Positions 27,591-39,073 of a stretch of 64,000 nt of DNA are shown here, in pieces. Every line of letters starts with the position of its first letter. Within the stretch, counting starts at the first letter, position 1. A program made the position numbers and the translations under genes. Below the pieces are notes generated by a model. The model searched no databases. It was not told the origin of the DNA and saw only the letters and a program-made list of their open reading frames with translations. Origin of the DNA: an uncultured Actinomycetes bacterium (GTDB lineage: Bacteria; Actinomycetota; Thermoleophilia; Gaiellales; Gaiellaceae); the NCBI GenBank assembly GCA_963733155.1, contig CAVTCK010000017.1, forward strand, positions 9,590 through 73,589, given 5' to 3'.

Positions 27591-28964
27591 CTAGGCGACG
27601 CCGGCCGGCTTGGGCAGCGGCTCGATCGCCTCGAGCGCGCGGACGATCTCGTCCTCCGGGAGCGCGAAGTCCTCGAGCTGCCCGTGGAGGTAGGCGTCAT
27701 ACGCGCCGAGGTCGAAATGGCCGTGGCCCGAGAGGTTGAAGAGGATCGTGCGCTCGCGGCCCTCCTCGTCCGCCTGCGCCGCGGCCTGGACGACTCCGTG
27801 GATCGCGTGTGCGGCCTCCGGCGCCGGGATGATGCCCTCCGTGCGAGCGAATCGCACCGCCGAGGCGAAGACGTCGATCTGGCCGTAGGCCTCCGCGCGG
27901 ACGAGCCCGTCGAGGACGAGCTGGGAGACGAGCGGCGCCACCCCGTGGTAGCGGAGGCCGCCCGCATGGATGCCCGGCGGAACAAAGTCGTGCCCGAGGG
28001 TGTGCATGGGGACGAGCGGCGTCAGCCGGCTCGTGTCCCCGAAGTCGTAGGCGAACGGGCCGCGGGTCAGCGTCGGGCAGGCGGCCGGCTCGCAGGCGAG
28101 CACCTCGATCTCGCGGCCGCCGATCTTCTCGCGCAGGAACGGGAACGCGAGCCCGGCGAAATTGGAGCCGCCGCCGACGCAGCCGGCGACGAGATCGGGA
28201 AACGCGCCGGCCAGCTCGAGCTGCGCTAGCGCCTCCTGCCCGATCACGGTCTGGTGCATGAGCACGTGGTTCAAGACGCTTCCGAGCGAGTAGGCGCTGT
28301 CCTCGCGCTGCACGGCGTCCTCGACGGCCTCGGAGATGGCGATGCCGAGGCTGCCCGGCGAGCTCGGTTGGGCCTCGAGGATCGCGCGTCCCGAGTTCGT
28401 GTCCTCGGACGGGCTGGCGACGACGCTCGCGCCCCAGGCCTCCATCATCGAGCGGCGGTATGGCTTCTGCTCGTAGGAGACCTTGACCATGTAGACCTTG
28501 CACTCGAGCCCGAAGAGCTGCGCGGCGAGCGCGACGGCGCTCCCCCACTGACCGGCGCCGGTCTCCGTGGCGATGCGCGTCCGGCCCGACTCCTTCACGT
28601 AGTACGCCTGCGCGACGGCGGTGTTCGGCTTGTGGCTCCCCGCCGGGCTCGTGCCCTCGTACTTGTAGAAGATGCGCGAGCGGGTGCCGAGCGCGGCCTC
28701 GAGGCGGTGCGCGCGGTAGAGCGGTGTCGGGCGCCAGAGCCGGTACACGTCGCGGACCGCGTCCGGGATCGGCACCTCGGCGTCGGTCGAGACCTCCTGG
28801 AGGATCAGGTCCATGGGGAAGAGCGGGGCGAGGTCGTCGGGGCCGACGGGCTCGCCGGTGCCGGGATGGAGCACCGGCTGCGGCCGGTTCGGCATGTCGG
28901 CGGCGATGTTGTACCAGCGCTCCGGGATCGCGCTCTCGGGCAGGGTGATCTTCGTCTCCGTCAT
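27591..28964 (-). CDS. TrpB-like PLP-dependent enzyme (tryptophan synthase beta, TrpB2-type, stand-alone)
   Basis: 457 aa, intact. ERWYNIAADMP...LYRAHRLEAALG...IFYKYEGTSPAGSHKPNTAVAQAYY...ETGAGQWGSAVALA...VGGGSNFAG. Start ATG 28964. Confidence 0.9.
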   Translation of the reverse strand: MTETKITLPESAIPERWYNIAADMPNRPQPVLHPGTGEPVGPDDLAPLFPMDLILQEVSTDAEVPIPDAVRDVYRLWRPTPLYRAHRLEAALGTRSRIFYKYEGTSPAGSHKPNTAVAQAYYVKESGRTRIATETGAGQWGSAVALAAQLFGLECKVYMVKVSYEQKPYRRSMMEAWGASVVASPSEDTNSGRAILEAQPSSPGSLGIAISEAVEDAVQREDSAYSLGSVLNHVLMHQTVIGQEALAQLELAGAFPDLVAGCVGGGSNFAGLAFPFLREKIGGREIEVLACEPAACPTLTRGPFAYDFGDTSRLTPLVPMHTLGHDFVPPGIHAGGLRYHGVAPLVSQLVLDGLVRAEAYGQIDVFASAVRFARTEGIIPAPEAAHAIHGVVQAAAQADEEGRERTILFNLSGHGHFDLGAYDAYLHGQLEDFALPEDEIVRALEAIEPLPKPAGVA

Positions 28965-28981
28965 GGGCGGCGAGGATACTC

Positions 28982-29936
28982 CTACGGCGTCTCGCCTGCG
29001 AGGATCGTCGCGAGGACGGCGGCGTCGATGTTCCCGCCGGAGACGATCGCGACGACCTTGTCTCCGGGGACCCGTCCCGAGAGCGCTGCGGCGACGGCGA
29101 GCGCACCCGCGCCCTCCGCTACGACGCGGACACGCTCGGCGAGCAGGCGCACGGCCGCCGCCGTCTCGTCGAGCGAGACGACGACCGACCCGTCCAGAAG
29201 GGGCCGGCCGAGGCCCCACATCTTCGGGAGGAGCGCGCGGGCGCCGGCGCCGTCCACCCAGGTCGCCCGGTAGTCGATCTCGCGGGGCTCGCCGGCGGCG
29301 AGCGAGGCCGAGAGCGGCGCCGCGGTCTCCAGCTCGACCACGATGCATCTGGGTCGCCGGGCGCGAGCGCCTTGACCGCGCTCGCGATCCCGGTGAAGAG
29401 CCCGCCGCCGCCCCAGGGCACGAGCACGGTGTCCGGATCCGGCAGGTCCTCGAGCAGCTCGAGGCCGATCGTGCCGTTCCCCGCCATGACGGGCTCGTCC
29501 TCGACACGGGTGGACGAAGAAGCCCTCGACGCCGGGGAAGCTCCGCTCCTCGAGCGCCTGCCACCAGCGGTCGAACGGCACCTGCACGACGCTGCCCGCC
29601 GAGACGCTCGATCGCGGCGAGCTTCGTCTCGGGCGCGTGGTCGGGCACGATCACGGTCGCAGGGAACGCCGAGCTCGCGCGCGCGCCCAGGCCGACGCCC
29701 TGCGCCATGTTGCCGGCGCTCGCGGTCACGACGCCGCGCGCCAGCTGCTCGCGCGGCGCTGCCGCCATCGCGTTGTCGGCGCCCGCGAGCTTGAAGGAGC
29801 CGATCGGCTGGAGGTTCTCGAGCTTGAGCTGGATCTCGGCGGGCGCGTCGTCGAGGTGCGAGCCGGATCAGCGGCGTCCGCACCGCGGTGCCGGCGATCG
29901 TTCTCGGGCGCGGCGGATGTCCTCGAGCGGGATCAC
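28982..29936 (-). pseudogene. Threonine/serine dehydratase-like PLP enzyme (EutB-like), at least 5 frameshifts
   Basis: [13 protein letters not shown] / TPLIRL / [17 protein letters not shown]...[13 protein letters not shown]...[19 protein letters not shown] / [11 protein letters not shown]...FVHP / [40 protein letters not shown] / [10 protein letters not shown]...VAIVSGGNID. These pieces alternate between three frames. The GTG start overlaps the upstream TGA (GTGA at 29933-29936). Confidence 0.8.
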
Positions 29937-30870
29937 AGGTCCACCTCCGTCCCGGCGCCCGTCTCGCGGGCCCGGCGGCAAACGTGCTCGACGGCGGCGA
30001 GGTCCTCGACGGCGAGGCCGAGGGACTTGAACACGGTCAGCTCCTCTGCCGACGTCCGCCCGGCGGCGGCGCCGGTGAGGAGCTCCCCGAGCTCTCCGCG
30101 GATGTGCTCCGGCCCGATCGCCCCCTCGCGCTGCGCGAAGAGGAAGTCGCCGGACTCGTCGAGGGTCGACTCGCGCCGGTCGACGAAGAGGGACGCCGCC
30201 GCCATCGTCTCGGTGTCGAGCTCGCGCGTCGTCGGAATGCTCGAGCCGACCGCGTTCACGTGCGCGCCGGTCGCCAGCCAGCCGCGGCGGACGACCGGCT
30301 CGGGCGAGGAGGTGGTCGTGCAGACGACGTCGGCGCCGCGGAGCGCCTCCTCCGCGCTCGAGACAGGCTCGACCGGGAAGGGCGCGTACTCGACCCTCGC
30401 CTGCGAGCGCTGCGGCGGATTCGGGCGTCCGGCTCCAGACCCGTGCCTGCTCGAAGTCGCGGACGGCCGCCATTGCCTGCAGGTGCGAGCGCGCCTGCAC
30501 GCCGGCGCCGAGGACGGCGAGCGACGCGCGCATCCTCGCGTGCGAGCAGGCGGGTGGCGACGGCCGAGACGGCCGCCGTTCGGATCGCCGTGATCGCCGA
30601 GGCGTTCACGGCCGCCCGGAGGACGCCCGTCTCCCCGTCGAAGAGGAGGACGGCGCCCTGGTGTGCGTCCAGCCCGCGCGCGGGGTTTCCGGGAAAGACG
30701 CAGACCGCCTTGAGCGCATAGGCGGCTTCCGGACGGGCGCGGTACGCGGGCATGAGCCCCATGAGCCCCGCTGCCTCCGCCGGCCGGACGATGAATCTGA
30801 GCGGCTGCTCCATGTCCCCGCGCTGGAGCGCGGCGAGCGCTTCGGCCATGGCCTCGATGCACTCCTCCAT
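29933..30870 (-). pseudogene. Ornithine cyclodeaminase/mu-crystallin family protein (EutC-like), 2 frameshifts; N-terminal start unclear
   Basis: MEECIEAMAEALAALQRGDMEQPLR...AVCVFPGNPARGLDAHQGAVLLFDGETGVL...ITAIRTAAVSAVATRLLA / AVLGAGVQARSHLQAMAAVRDFEQARVWSRT / GADVVCTTTSSPEPVV...GAHVNAVGS...[13 protein letters not shown], in three frames. The upstream extension TDGVLVLGEADVARLLP has no in-frame start codon. Confidence 0.8.
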
Positions 30871-31029
30871 CGGGAGTAGGCGCGCGACGTCCGCTTCGCC
30901 GAGGACGAGGACGCCATCGGTCTCGGATGTGCAGCTTCTGCGTTGCGAGCACCGAGCATCGCACTCGTCCGGCCGAGGCTGGACGCCTTGGCAAGGGCGA
31001 GGGCTCGGCGCCGGTGATCGCGCGACGGG

Positions 31030-31998
31030 CCAGTGAGCTGGCGAGCGCTCGTCTCGTCGCGCTCGGCGGCCGAAGGCTCACGTCTCCGCGGCGATGCCGG
31101 CCGAGGCTGCGCCGCGGCCCGATCACGATCGACGTCACGCGTTCGTCGGCGAGGAGCCAGGCGAGGCGAGCGTCGCCATGTCGACGCCGCGTGAGCGGGC
31201 CGCCTCGTCGAACGATGCGAGAGCGTCGAAGGTCCCGTCGCGCGCGAAGTCGCGGTAGGGCTCGGGCCGGAGCGTCATGCGCGAGCCCTCCGGGTACGGC
31301 TCCCCTCGCCGGTACTTCCCGGTCAGCCAGCCGCCGGCGAGCGGACTGAAGGGCGTGTAGCCGAGGCCGTGGCGCGCGCAGAGGGGGAGGACGTCGGCCT
31401 CGTCGCCGCGCTCGAGCAGGCTGTAGGAGTTCTGCACCCAGTCGAAGCGGACGAGGCCGCGTTCCTCACTGACCGCGAGCGCCTCTTCGAGCTCGGTGCC
31501 GCTCACGTTGCTCCCGCCGACGGCGCCCACCTTGCCGGCGCGGACGAGCTCGTCGAGGGCCTCGAGCGTGTCTCCGACCGGGGTTTCTGGATCCGGCTCG
31601 TGGATCAGGTAGAGGTCGACCCGCTCGACGCCGAGTCGCGACAGGCTCCCCTCCACCTGGCGGCGGATGCGGTCGGGCGCCAGGCCGCGATCGGCCGGGT
31701 CGCCCTCCACGGAGTGGAAGACCTTCGTCGAGAGGACGACGCGCTCGCGAACCTCTGACCCTCGGCGCGCGAGCCAGTCGCCCGATCGCCGCTCGCTGCG
31801 ACCACCCCCGTAGGCGTCGGCCGTGTCGAAGAGTGTGATGCCGTGCTCCCAGGCCGCATCCATGAGCGCGAAGGCTTCCTCCTCGCTCTCTCCCTGCCCG
31901 AAGAACTCCGGCGCCGAGCCGATGCCGCCGAAGTTGCCGCAGCCGAGCGCGATGCGGGAGATCTCGATGCCCGTCTGCCCCAGCCGGCGGTACTCCAT
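31030..31998 (-). pseudogene. Aldo/keto reductase, frameshifted in the C-terminal ~50 codons (3' end approximate)
   Basis: MEYRRLGQTGIEISRIALGCGNFGG...LFDTADAYGGGRSE...VVLSTKV...RVDLYLIHEPD...GKVGAVGGSN intact from ATG 31998. After VDMATLA the continuation (AWLLADERVTSIVIGPRR...) is in other frames. Confidence 0.75.
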
Positions 31999-32022
31999 CG
32001 AGCGGGAAGTATCCTGCAAGCC

Positions 32023-32753
32023 ATGAGCGAGCACCTGACCGAGGAGGAGTTCGCGCCGATTCTGCCGGGACGCGGCGCCAGCGACTACGAGCGCTACCTG
32101 CGCACGGACGACCTGCTCGAGCTGCAGAAACGCCCCGAGGAGATGACGCACCGCGACGAGCTCCTCTTCCAGACGACGCACCAGTCGTCGGAGCTCTGGC
32201 TCAAGCTCGCCTGCTTCGAGGTGGAGACCGCGACCGAGCACATGCGCAAGCGCGAGCTTGCCGCGGCGATCCGGCTCCTGCGGCGCGCCGTCGAGTGCAT
32301 CCGGCTGATCACGGAGCAGATCCACATGCTGGAGCACATGTCGCCCTGGGAGTACCAGGAGGTGCGGCGGGTGCTCGGGCACGGGAGCGGCTTCGACTCG
32401 CCCGGCTGGAACGGCGTGCGCCGGGTGACGCCGCCGCTCGGCGCTGCATTCCACGAGCTCCTCCGCGAGCAGGGCCTCACCGTCGTCGAGCTCTACCGCC
32501 GCGGGCGCGAGCTCGAGGAGCTCTACCAGCTCGGCGAGCTCCTGATCGAATGGGACGAGCGGGTCATCCTGTGGCGGGCACACCACTTCAAGCTCGTGGA
32601 GCGCGTGATCGGCGGCGAAGTGGTCGGGACGCAGGGAACGCCGGTGGAGGTGCTCGGCAACCTCGTCGCCAAGAGCCGCTTCCCGGAGCTCTGGCGCGCC
32701 CGCAGCGAGCTCACCGAGCTGGCCAAGCTCGAAGACGAGACGCCGCCAAGTAA
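32023..32753 (+). CDS. kynA: Tryptophan 2,3-dioxygenase; 3' end uncertain (no in-frame stop before running antisense into the next gene)
   Basis: SDYERYLRTDDLLELQKRPEEMTHRDELLFQTTHQSSELWLKLACFE...MSPWEYQEVRRVLGHGSGFDSPGW...WRAHHFKLVERVIGGEVVGTQGTPVEVL...FPELW. The frame stays open to 33153. A TAA at 32751-32753 lies in the +1 frame. Confidence 0.8.
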
Positions 32754-32760
32754 CAGACTG

Positions 32761-33922
32761 TCACGGGGCGAGGAGCGCGCGGTGGCGGCTGAGCGCTGCC
32801 AGGAGCGCGTCCACGTCCTCGCGCGAGTTGTATCCGTGGAAGGAGACGCGGAGGTTCCCGTCTCGCGACGAGGTGACCACGCCTTCGGCCTCGAGCGCGG
32901 CGACGAGCGCGTGCTCGTCGGTCGAGGCGACCGCGACGAGCGGCCCGCGTCGGTCCGGGTCGCGCGGCGTCACGACCCGGCCTCCCAGGTCGTCGACTCC
33001 CTCGATCAGCTGGCGGTCGAGCCCGCGAACGTGCTCCTCGGTCGCCGCGACGCCGATCTCCTCGACGAGCTCGATCCCGGCGAGCCCCGCGTAGATGTTG
33101 GGGACCGGGGAGTTCCGAACTCGAACCGCCGCGCCGTCGCCGCCGGGGAGTAGTCGTGGATGTCCATCTGGAAGATGTCCTCGTCGGCGAACCAGCCCGT
33201 GCTCGTGGGGCGGATGCTCTCGACGAGGTCGCGGCGGCAGTAGAGGAACGCGAGGCCGGCCGAGCCGAGCAGGTACTTGACCGTGCCGGCGGCGAGGAAG
33301 TCGACGTCGAGCGCGCGGACGTCGAGCGGGATCGCCCCGGCGGCCTGATAGGCATCGAGGAGGACGAGCGCGCCGCGTTCGTGCGCCAGGCGAACGACTC
33401 CCTCCACGTCGACGCGGCTGCCGTTTCGGTAACAGACGTGCGTCACGGCCACGAGCGCCGTGTCGTTCGTCGATCGCGGCGTCGAAGTGCTCGAGCGGGA
33501 TGGTCGCGTCCTCGGCCTCGGGGACGTGCACGACGCGACGTCCGCGGAGCTCCTGGGCGTGGGCGATCTGGCCGACGGTGGGGAATTCGAAGTCGCTGAT
33601 GACGATCGTCGTCCGCTCTCCCTCGAAGCGAAGCCCCGAGAAGAGCGCGCTCACCCCCGCGGAGAGCGAGGTCGTGACGGCCACCTCGTCGGGATCGGCG
33701 CCGATCAGCCGCGCGAAGGCTCGCCCGCGCCGCCTCGGCGCGCTCGACCCAGTACTCCCACGGCGCCCCCTGCTCGTCCCAGTCGCGCAGATAGCCTGGT
33801 AGGCGGCCCGCACGTCGTCGGAGAGCGCGCCCTGCGAGCAGCTGTTCACGTACGTGAGCCGCTCGAAGATGGGGAAGCGGTGGCGGATCCGCCCGGGGAG
33901 CGCCGTCGCCGGCTCGACAGCC

Positions 33923-33933
<11 letters not shown>
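32761..33933 (-). pseudogene. Class V aminotransferase-fold PLP enzyme (cysteine desulfurase/kynureninase-like fold), about 4 frameshifts
   Basis: FPIFERLTYVNSCSQGALSDDVRAAYQA / ARLIGADPDEVAVTTSLSAGVSALF...FEFPTVGQIA / VTHVCYRNGSRVDVEGVVRLAHERGALVLLDAYQAAGAIPLDV...GTVKYLLGSAGLAFLY / PNIYAGLAGIELVEEIG...LRVSFHGYNSREDVDALL, split between ORFs 32761-33933 and 33006-33452. Confidence 0.8.
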
Positions 33934-34603
<670 letters not shown>

Positions 34604-34643
34604 CTCGTCGAGGCGAAGCAGCTGCCCGTTGGCCGGCCGTCGG

Positions 34644-35444
34644 TCACGACTCCTCCTCGCTCGCGGCGCGCGCGCCCAGATAGGCCTCGACCACGCGCGG
34701 ATCGGTCGCCACCTGCTCGAAGGAGCCCTCGGCGATCTTCTCGCCGTGGTCGAGGGCGACTACCCGGTCGGAGATCCCCTCGACGACGTGCATGTCGTGC
34801 TCGATCAGGAGGATCGTGTAGCCGCCTTCGGTCTCGCAGACGCCCGATCAGCTCCGTGATCTCGTGGGTCTCGACGGGGTTCATCCCGGCGGCCGGCTCG
34901 TCCAGGAGCAGCAAGCGCGGCGTCGTCCCCGTGGCCCGCGCGATCTCGAGGCGGCGGCGGTTGGCGTACGAGAGGCTGTAGGCGGGCTGATCCATCCGGT
35001 AGCCGATCAGCCGCTTGCCGAAGAAGGCGAGCCGCTCCTCGGCGAGGGCGTCCACCTCCCGCTCCTCGCGCCGGGCGGCGGGCGTTCGCAGCGCCGACTG
35101 CCAGAAGCGCGCCTTCGTGTTGCCCGTAGGTCGCCGCCTTGACGTTCTCCTTCACCGTCATGTTCAGGAAGAGGCGGAGTGTCTGGAACGTGCGCGCGAT
35201 CCCGAGCTTGGCGATCTTGTGCGGATCGAGCCCGACGATCCCCTGTCCCTCGAAGAGGATCTCGCCCTGGTCGGGCTCGTAGATCCCGGTGACGAGGTTG
35301 AAGAGCGTCGTCTTGCCGGCGCCGTTCGGCCCGATGACGCTGACGATCTCGCCCTCGCCGACGGTCAGGTCGAGGCGGTCGATGCAAACAAGCCCGCCGA
35401 ACGACTTGCTCACGCCGTCGCAGCTCGAGCAACGGGGTCGTCAT
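34644..35444 (-). pseudogene. livG: LivG-like ABC ATP-binding protein, at least 3 frameshifts
   Basis: MTTPLLELR / SKSFGGLVCIDRLDLTVGEGEIVSVIGPNGAGKTTLFNLVTG...IARTFQTLRLF / LSYANRRRLEIARATGTTPRLLLLDEPAAGMNP / TILLIEHDMHVV...DPRVVEAYLGARAASEEES-stop, in several frames. Confidence 0.8.
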
Positions 35445-36879
35445 ACGGCATTCTCCACGCGGGGAGTGCCGAGAAGCCCTTGAGGGCGTGCCGTCATCAT
35501 CGCTACGAGAATGGCGCCGAAGAGAAGCTGCCTCGTCACGCTCGGCTGCTCGACCAGGCGGTTCTCCCAGACGAACGCCGCCAGGTAGATCGTCGGCACG
35601 AGCAGGAAGAGGCGCTCGTTGCCGGCGAGCAGGGTGAGCAGAGCACGGCCGCCACCAGAAGCACGAAGGCGACGTTGCCCGACCGTGTCCTGGCTCTCGG
35701 CGGGGATCACCACCCAGGAGTCGAGGAGCCGCCCGAACGCGCCGCCTGGGCTCTCGCCGGCCACTCCTTCGGGCCAGATCCAGGCGACCAGCCCGTGCAC
35801 GGCCAGGCCGAAGACGACGATCGCGCCGACCACGACGGCCAGCCGCTTCCAGGGGCGCACGGTCGCCACGAGCACGGCGATGACCGCGCCGTAGAAGAGC
35901 CAGCGCGCGTTGTCGGGCGTACGCAGGATCTCGGGCACCGCCGCGACGACGATCGCGCCGAGGACCGCGCCCGCGATCGAGCCGACGCCTCCGAGGATGA
36001 GGGCGGCGTAGATCATGATCAGCAGCACCACTTCGAAGTTCTGGGGAAAGACCCCCGTCTGGACGGCGGCGAAGATCGAGCCCGTGAGCCCGGCGATCGC
36101 GGCTCCCATCGCGAAGGCGAGGAGCTTGAGTCGGTTGACCGGCGTCGTCATCAGCTCGGCGGCGAGCGGGTCCTCCCGCGAGGCCCGCCAGCCGCGGCCC
36201 GTGCGCGAGTCGTTCAGATAGAAGAGGCCGACGGCGATCAGCGCGAGCAGGATCAGGAGCAGGAAGTAGTAGTCGCGCACGTCGGCGAGCTGGAGGCCGA
36301 AGAAGTCCATGCGGTCGATGCCCGGGATCCCGTTCGGGCCGCCGGTCAAGTTGAGCGGCTCGTCGCGCCAGGGCAGGTCGATGCGGTCGAGGTTGAGGGT
36401 CAGCTCGACGAAGATCTGCGCGAAGAAGAGCGTGGTGATGGCGAGGTAGTCGCCCGACGAGGCGCCAGGAGGGCAGCCCGAGCAGCAGGCCGAGGAGCGC
36501 CGAGGCGACGACGACGACCGGGATCGCCAGCTCGGTGGGCAGGTGGACGTCGAGATGGTCCGACGAGACCCAGGCGTACATGTACGCGCCGAAGCCGTAG
36601 AAGGCGACGTAGCCGAGGTCGAGCAGCCCGGCCCAGCCCACGACGATGTTGAGCCCGAGCGCCAGGAGCGCAAAGAGGAGCACGTTGACGCCGATACGGA
36701 TGAGGAAGGCCGAGTCGGTCAGGAACGGGAAGAGCGCGCAGATCCCGCAGGAAGACGAAGAACCGCGGGCCCGGCCCGACGCGGTCGAACGCGCGGCGCG
36801 CGGGGGCGGTCAGCCCCGTGTAGTACTCGGTGCGAAGCTCCTGCTCGGAGACCCACTCGTCGGTGCCGATGCGAGGCAT
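35441..36879 (-). pseudogene. livM: LivM-like ABC permease, about 4 frameshifts
   Basis: MPRIGTDEWVSEQ... / LLFALLALGLNIVVGWAGLLDLGYVAFYGFGAY / DYLAITTLFFAQIF...GGPNGIPGI...RASREDPLAAELMTTPVNRLKLLAFAMGAAIAGLTGS... / LFGAILVAMMTARPQGLLG, across ORFs 36400-37803, 35007-36683 and 35441-36673. Confidence 0.8.
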
Positions 36880-36883
36880 GGGC

Positions 36884-37803
36884 TCACACCTTTCGACAGC
36901 ACCGGCGACCCGAGCAGCCCTGTGGGGCGGACGAGCATGACGGCGATGAGGATTCCGAAGACGATGAGGTTCTGGAAGGTCGAGGAGACGTAGCTGGCGG
37001 TGAACGCCTCCGCCAGGCCGATCACGAGCCCGCCGAGCATGGCGCCGGGGATGTTCCCGATGCCGCCGATCACGGCGGCCGTGAAGCCCTTCAGCCCGGC
37101 GACGAAGCCCATGAAGTGGAAGACGCGCTCGAACACGAGCCCGACCATCACCCCTGCGGCTCCCGCCAGCACCGAGCCGATGAAGAACGTCGTCACGATC
37201 ACCCGGTCGACGTCGATCCCCATCATCGCCGCCGCCTCGCGGTCGTAGGACGTCGCCCGCATCGCCTTGCCGAACCGCGTCCTGCTCACGATCAGCGTCA
37301 GGGCGATCATCAGCAGGACCGCCGAGCTGATCACGAGGATGCGGACGAGCGAGATCCGCAGCGGCCCCGCCTCGATCCCGGTCGAGAACGGGATCAGCTC
37401 CGGCGTGCTGTACGTCCGAAACTGCGCCGAGAAGAGCAGGAGCGCGGATGCCTGGAGGAAGAACGAGACGCCGATCGCGCTGATCAGCGGCGCGATGCGC
37501 GGCGCATTGCGCAGGGGCCGGTAGGCGAAGCGCTCGACCACCACACCGAGCAGCGCCGGCGCCGAGCATCCCCGCCAGGAACATGAGGATCAGGAGCGGG
37601 GCCACGGGGAGCATCGGCGAGGAGGCGCCGCCGAGCGCCGTCAGCACGAAATAGCCGATGAAGGCGCCGATCATGTAGACCTCGCCGTGGGCGAAGTTGA
37701 GGAGCTTGAGGATCCCGTAGACCATCGAGTAGCCCAGGGCGATGAGGGCGTAGACGCTCCCCAGGGTCACGCCGTTCACCAGCTGCTGAACGAAGAAGTC
37801 CAT
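36884..37803 (-). pseudogene. livH: LivH-like ABC permease, 1-2 frameshifts
   Basis: MDFFVQQLVNGVTLGSVYALIALGYSMVYGILKLLNFAHGEVYMIGAF (ORF 36400-37803) continues in ORF 36810-37544 (ERFAYRPLRNAPRIAPLISAIGVSFFLQ...IGGIGNIPGAMLGG...). The expected stop lies in a third frame at 36884. Confidence 0.8.
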
Positions 37804-37879
37804 AGCTGCTCTCGATGCCCGGATCGGCCGTGCGGCCCCCGCAGGAGCCGCACGGCCAGTGACCCGGGATTCTCTCTAA

Positions 37880-39073
37880 CTACTCGACGAGCGTGTAGCT
37901 CCCGTCGTCCTGCACCTGGAAGATGAAGAACATCGCGTCCTCGATGTCGCCGATGTCCGTGAATGCGATCGGCTGTCCGAGGATCGACTCGGGCAGGTTC
38001 GTCTGCTGCGATCTGGTCGACCATCGCCTCGCGGGTCGGCTCCTCGCCCGCCGCGCAGAGGGCCATGGCCGCCTCCATCACGACGGTCGTCGCGGCGAAG
38101 GTGGGCGGACCGAACGTGCCGAAGTCGCCGTACTCGGCCTCGAACGCCGTCGCGAGCTCCTGGACCGCCGGGTCGTCGAGCGCCCGTGATGTCGGGGGCG
38201 AACGACGAGACGTAGGAGCCGGCGATCTTGAAGTCGTCAGGCGAGAAGAGGCCGTCCGACCCGAAGATGACCGCGTCCTTGCCCTGCTCGGAGAGCTGGT
38301 TCCCGAAGAGCTGGGCGTTGGCGGCGACCTGCCACGGCAGGAAGACGACGTCCGTGTCGTCGGCGACTCCCGAGGCGAGCCCGGAGAAGTCCGTCTGGTC
38401 CTGGCTGACGGATTCCCGCTCGACGGTCACGCCGGCGTCCTCGAGGGCCGTGGCCGTCGCGTCGGCGAGGCCCGTCGAGTACGAGGTCTGGTCGTCGATG
38501 ATCAGCACGTTCTGCGCGCCGAGCTGGTCGGCCATGTAAGCGGCGTCGGTCGGGCCCTGGTCGGCGTCCGTGGGGACGACGCGGAAGAACGTCTCGAAGT
38601 CCTCCGTCAGATCCGTTGCGGTCGCCGACGGCGAGATGAACGCCATGGTCGCGTCGCCGTAGATCGTCCCGACCGCCTCGATCTCCTGGCTTCCCGCCGG
38701 GCCGACCACGGCGATGATGTCGCTGTTCGAGACGAACTGGGGCGCGACCGTGGCCGCCTGCGCCGGGTCGAGCTGCGTGTCGCCCTCGACGAGCGAGAAG
38801 GTCGTTCCGTGCTCGGTGTTGAACTGGTCGACGGCGAACTTCGCCCAGTTGAGCTGCTCCTGGCCGATCGCGGCGACGTCGCCGGTGAACGGGCCCATGA
38901 TCCCGATCGAGGCGGTGCACTCGACGGGCTCCATCGTGCCGTCGTCGGTGGCGGTCGTATCAGGGGCCGCCGCCCCTCCGTCGTCGTCGATCGTCTCCGC
39001 CGCAGCCGGCCGCAACCAGCGCGAGCGCGGCCACGACCAGAGCGAGCAGGAGCCAAATCCCGGACTTCCTCAT
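37880..39073 (-). pseudogene. livK: LivK/LivJ-like periplasmic substrate-binding lipoprotein, about 3 frameshifts
   Basis: Lipoprotein signal MRKSGIWLLLALVVAALALVAAGC (ATG 39073), then a frame change. IGIMGPFTGDVAAIGQEQLNWAKFAVDQFN...VVGPAGSQE (ORF 37876-39015). MEAAMALCAAGEEPTREAMV (ORF 37776-38081). The end FFIFQVQDDGSYTLVE-stop is at 37880. Confidence 0.8.

Noticed and set aside
31135-32586. A 483-aa minus-strand ORF extending the aldo/keto reductase upstream.
   Set aside because: The first ~196 codons are antisense to the well-supported tryptophan 2,3-dioxygenase gene and are low-complexity. The AKR begins at MEYRRLG (31998).
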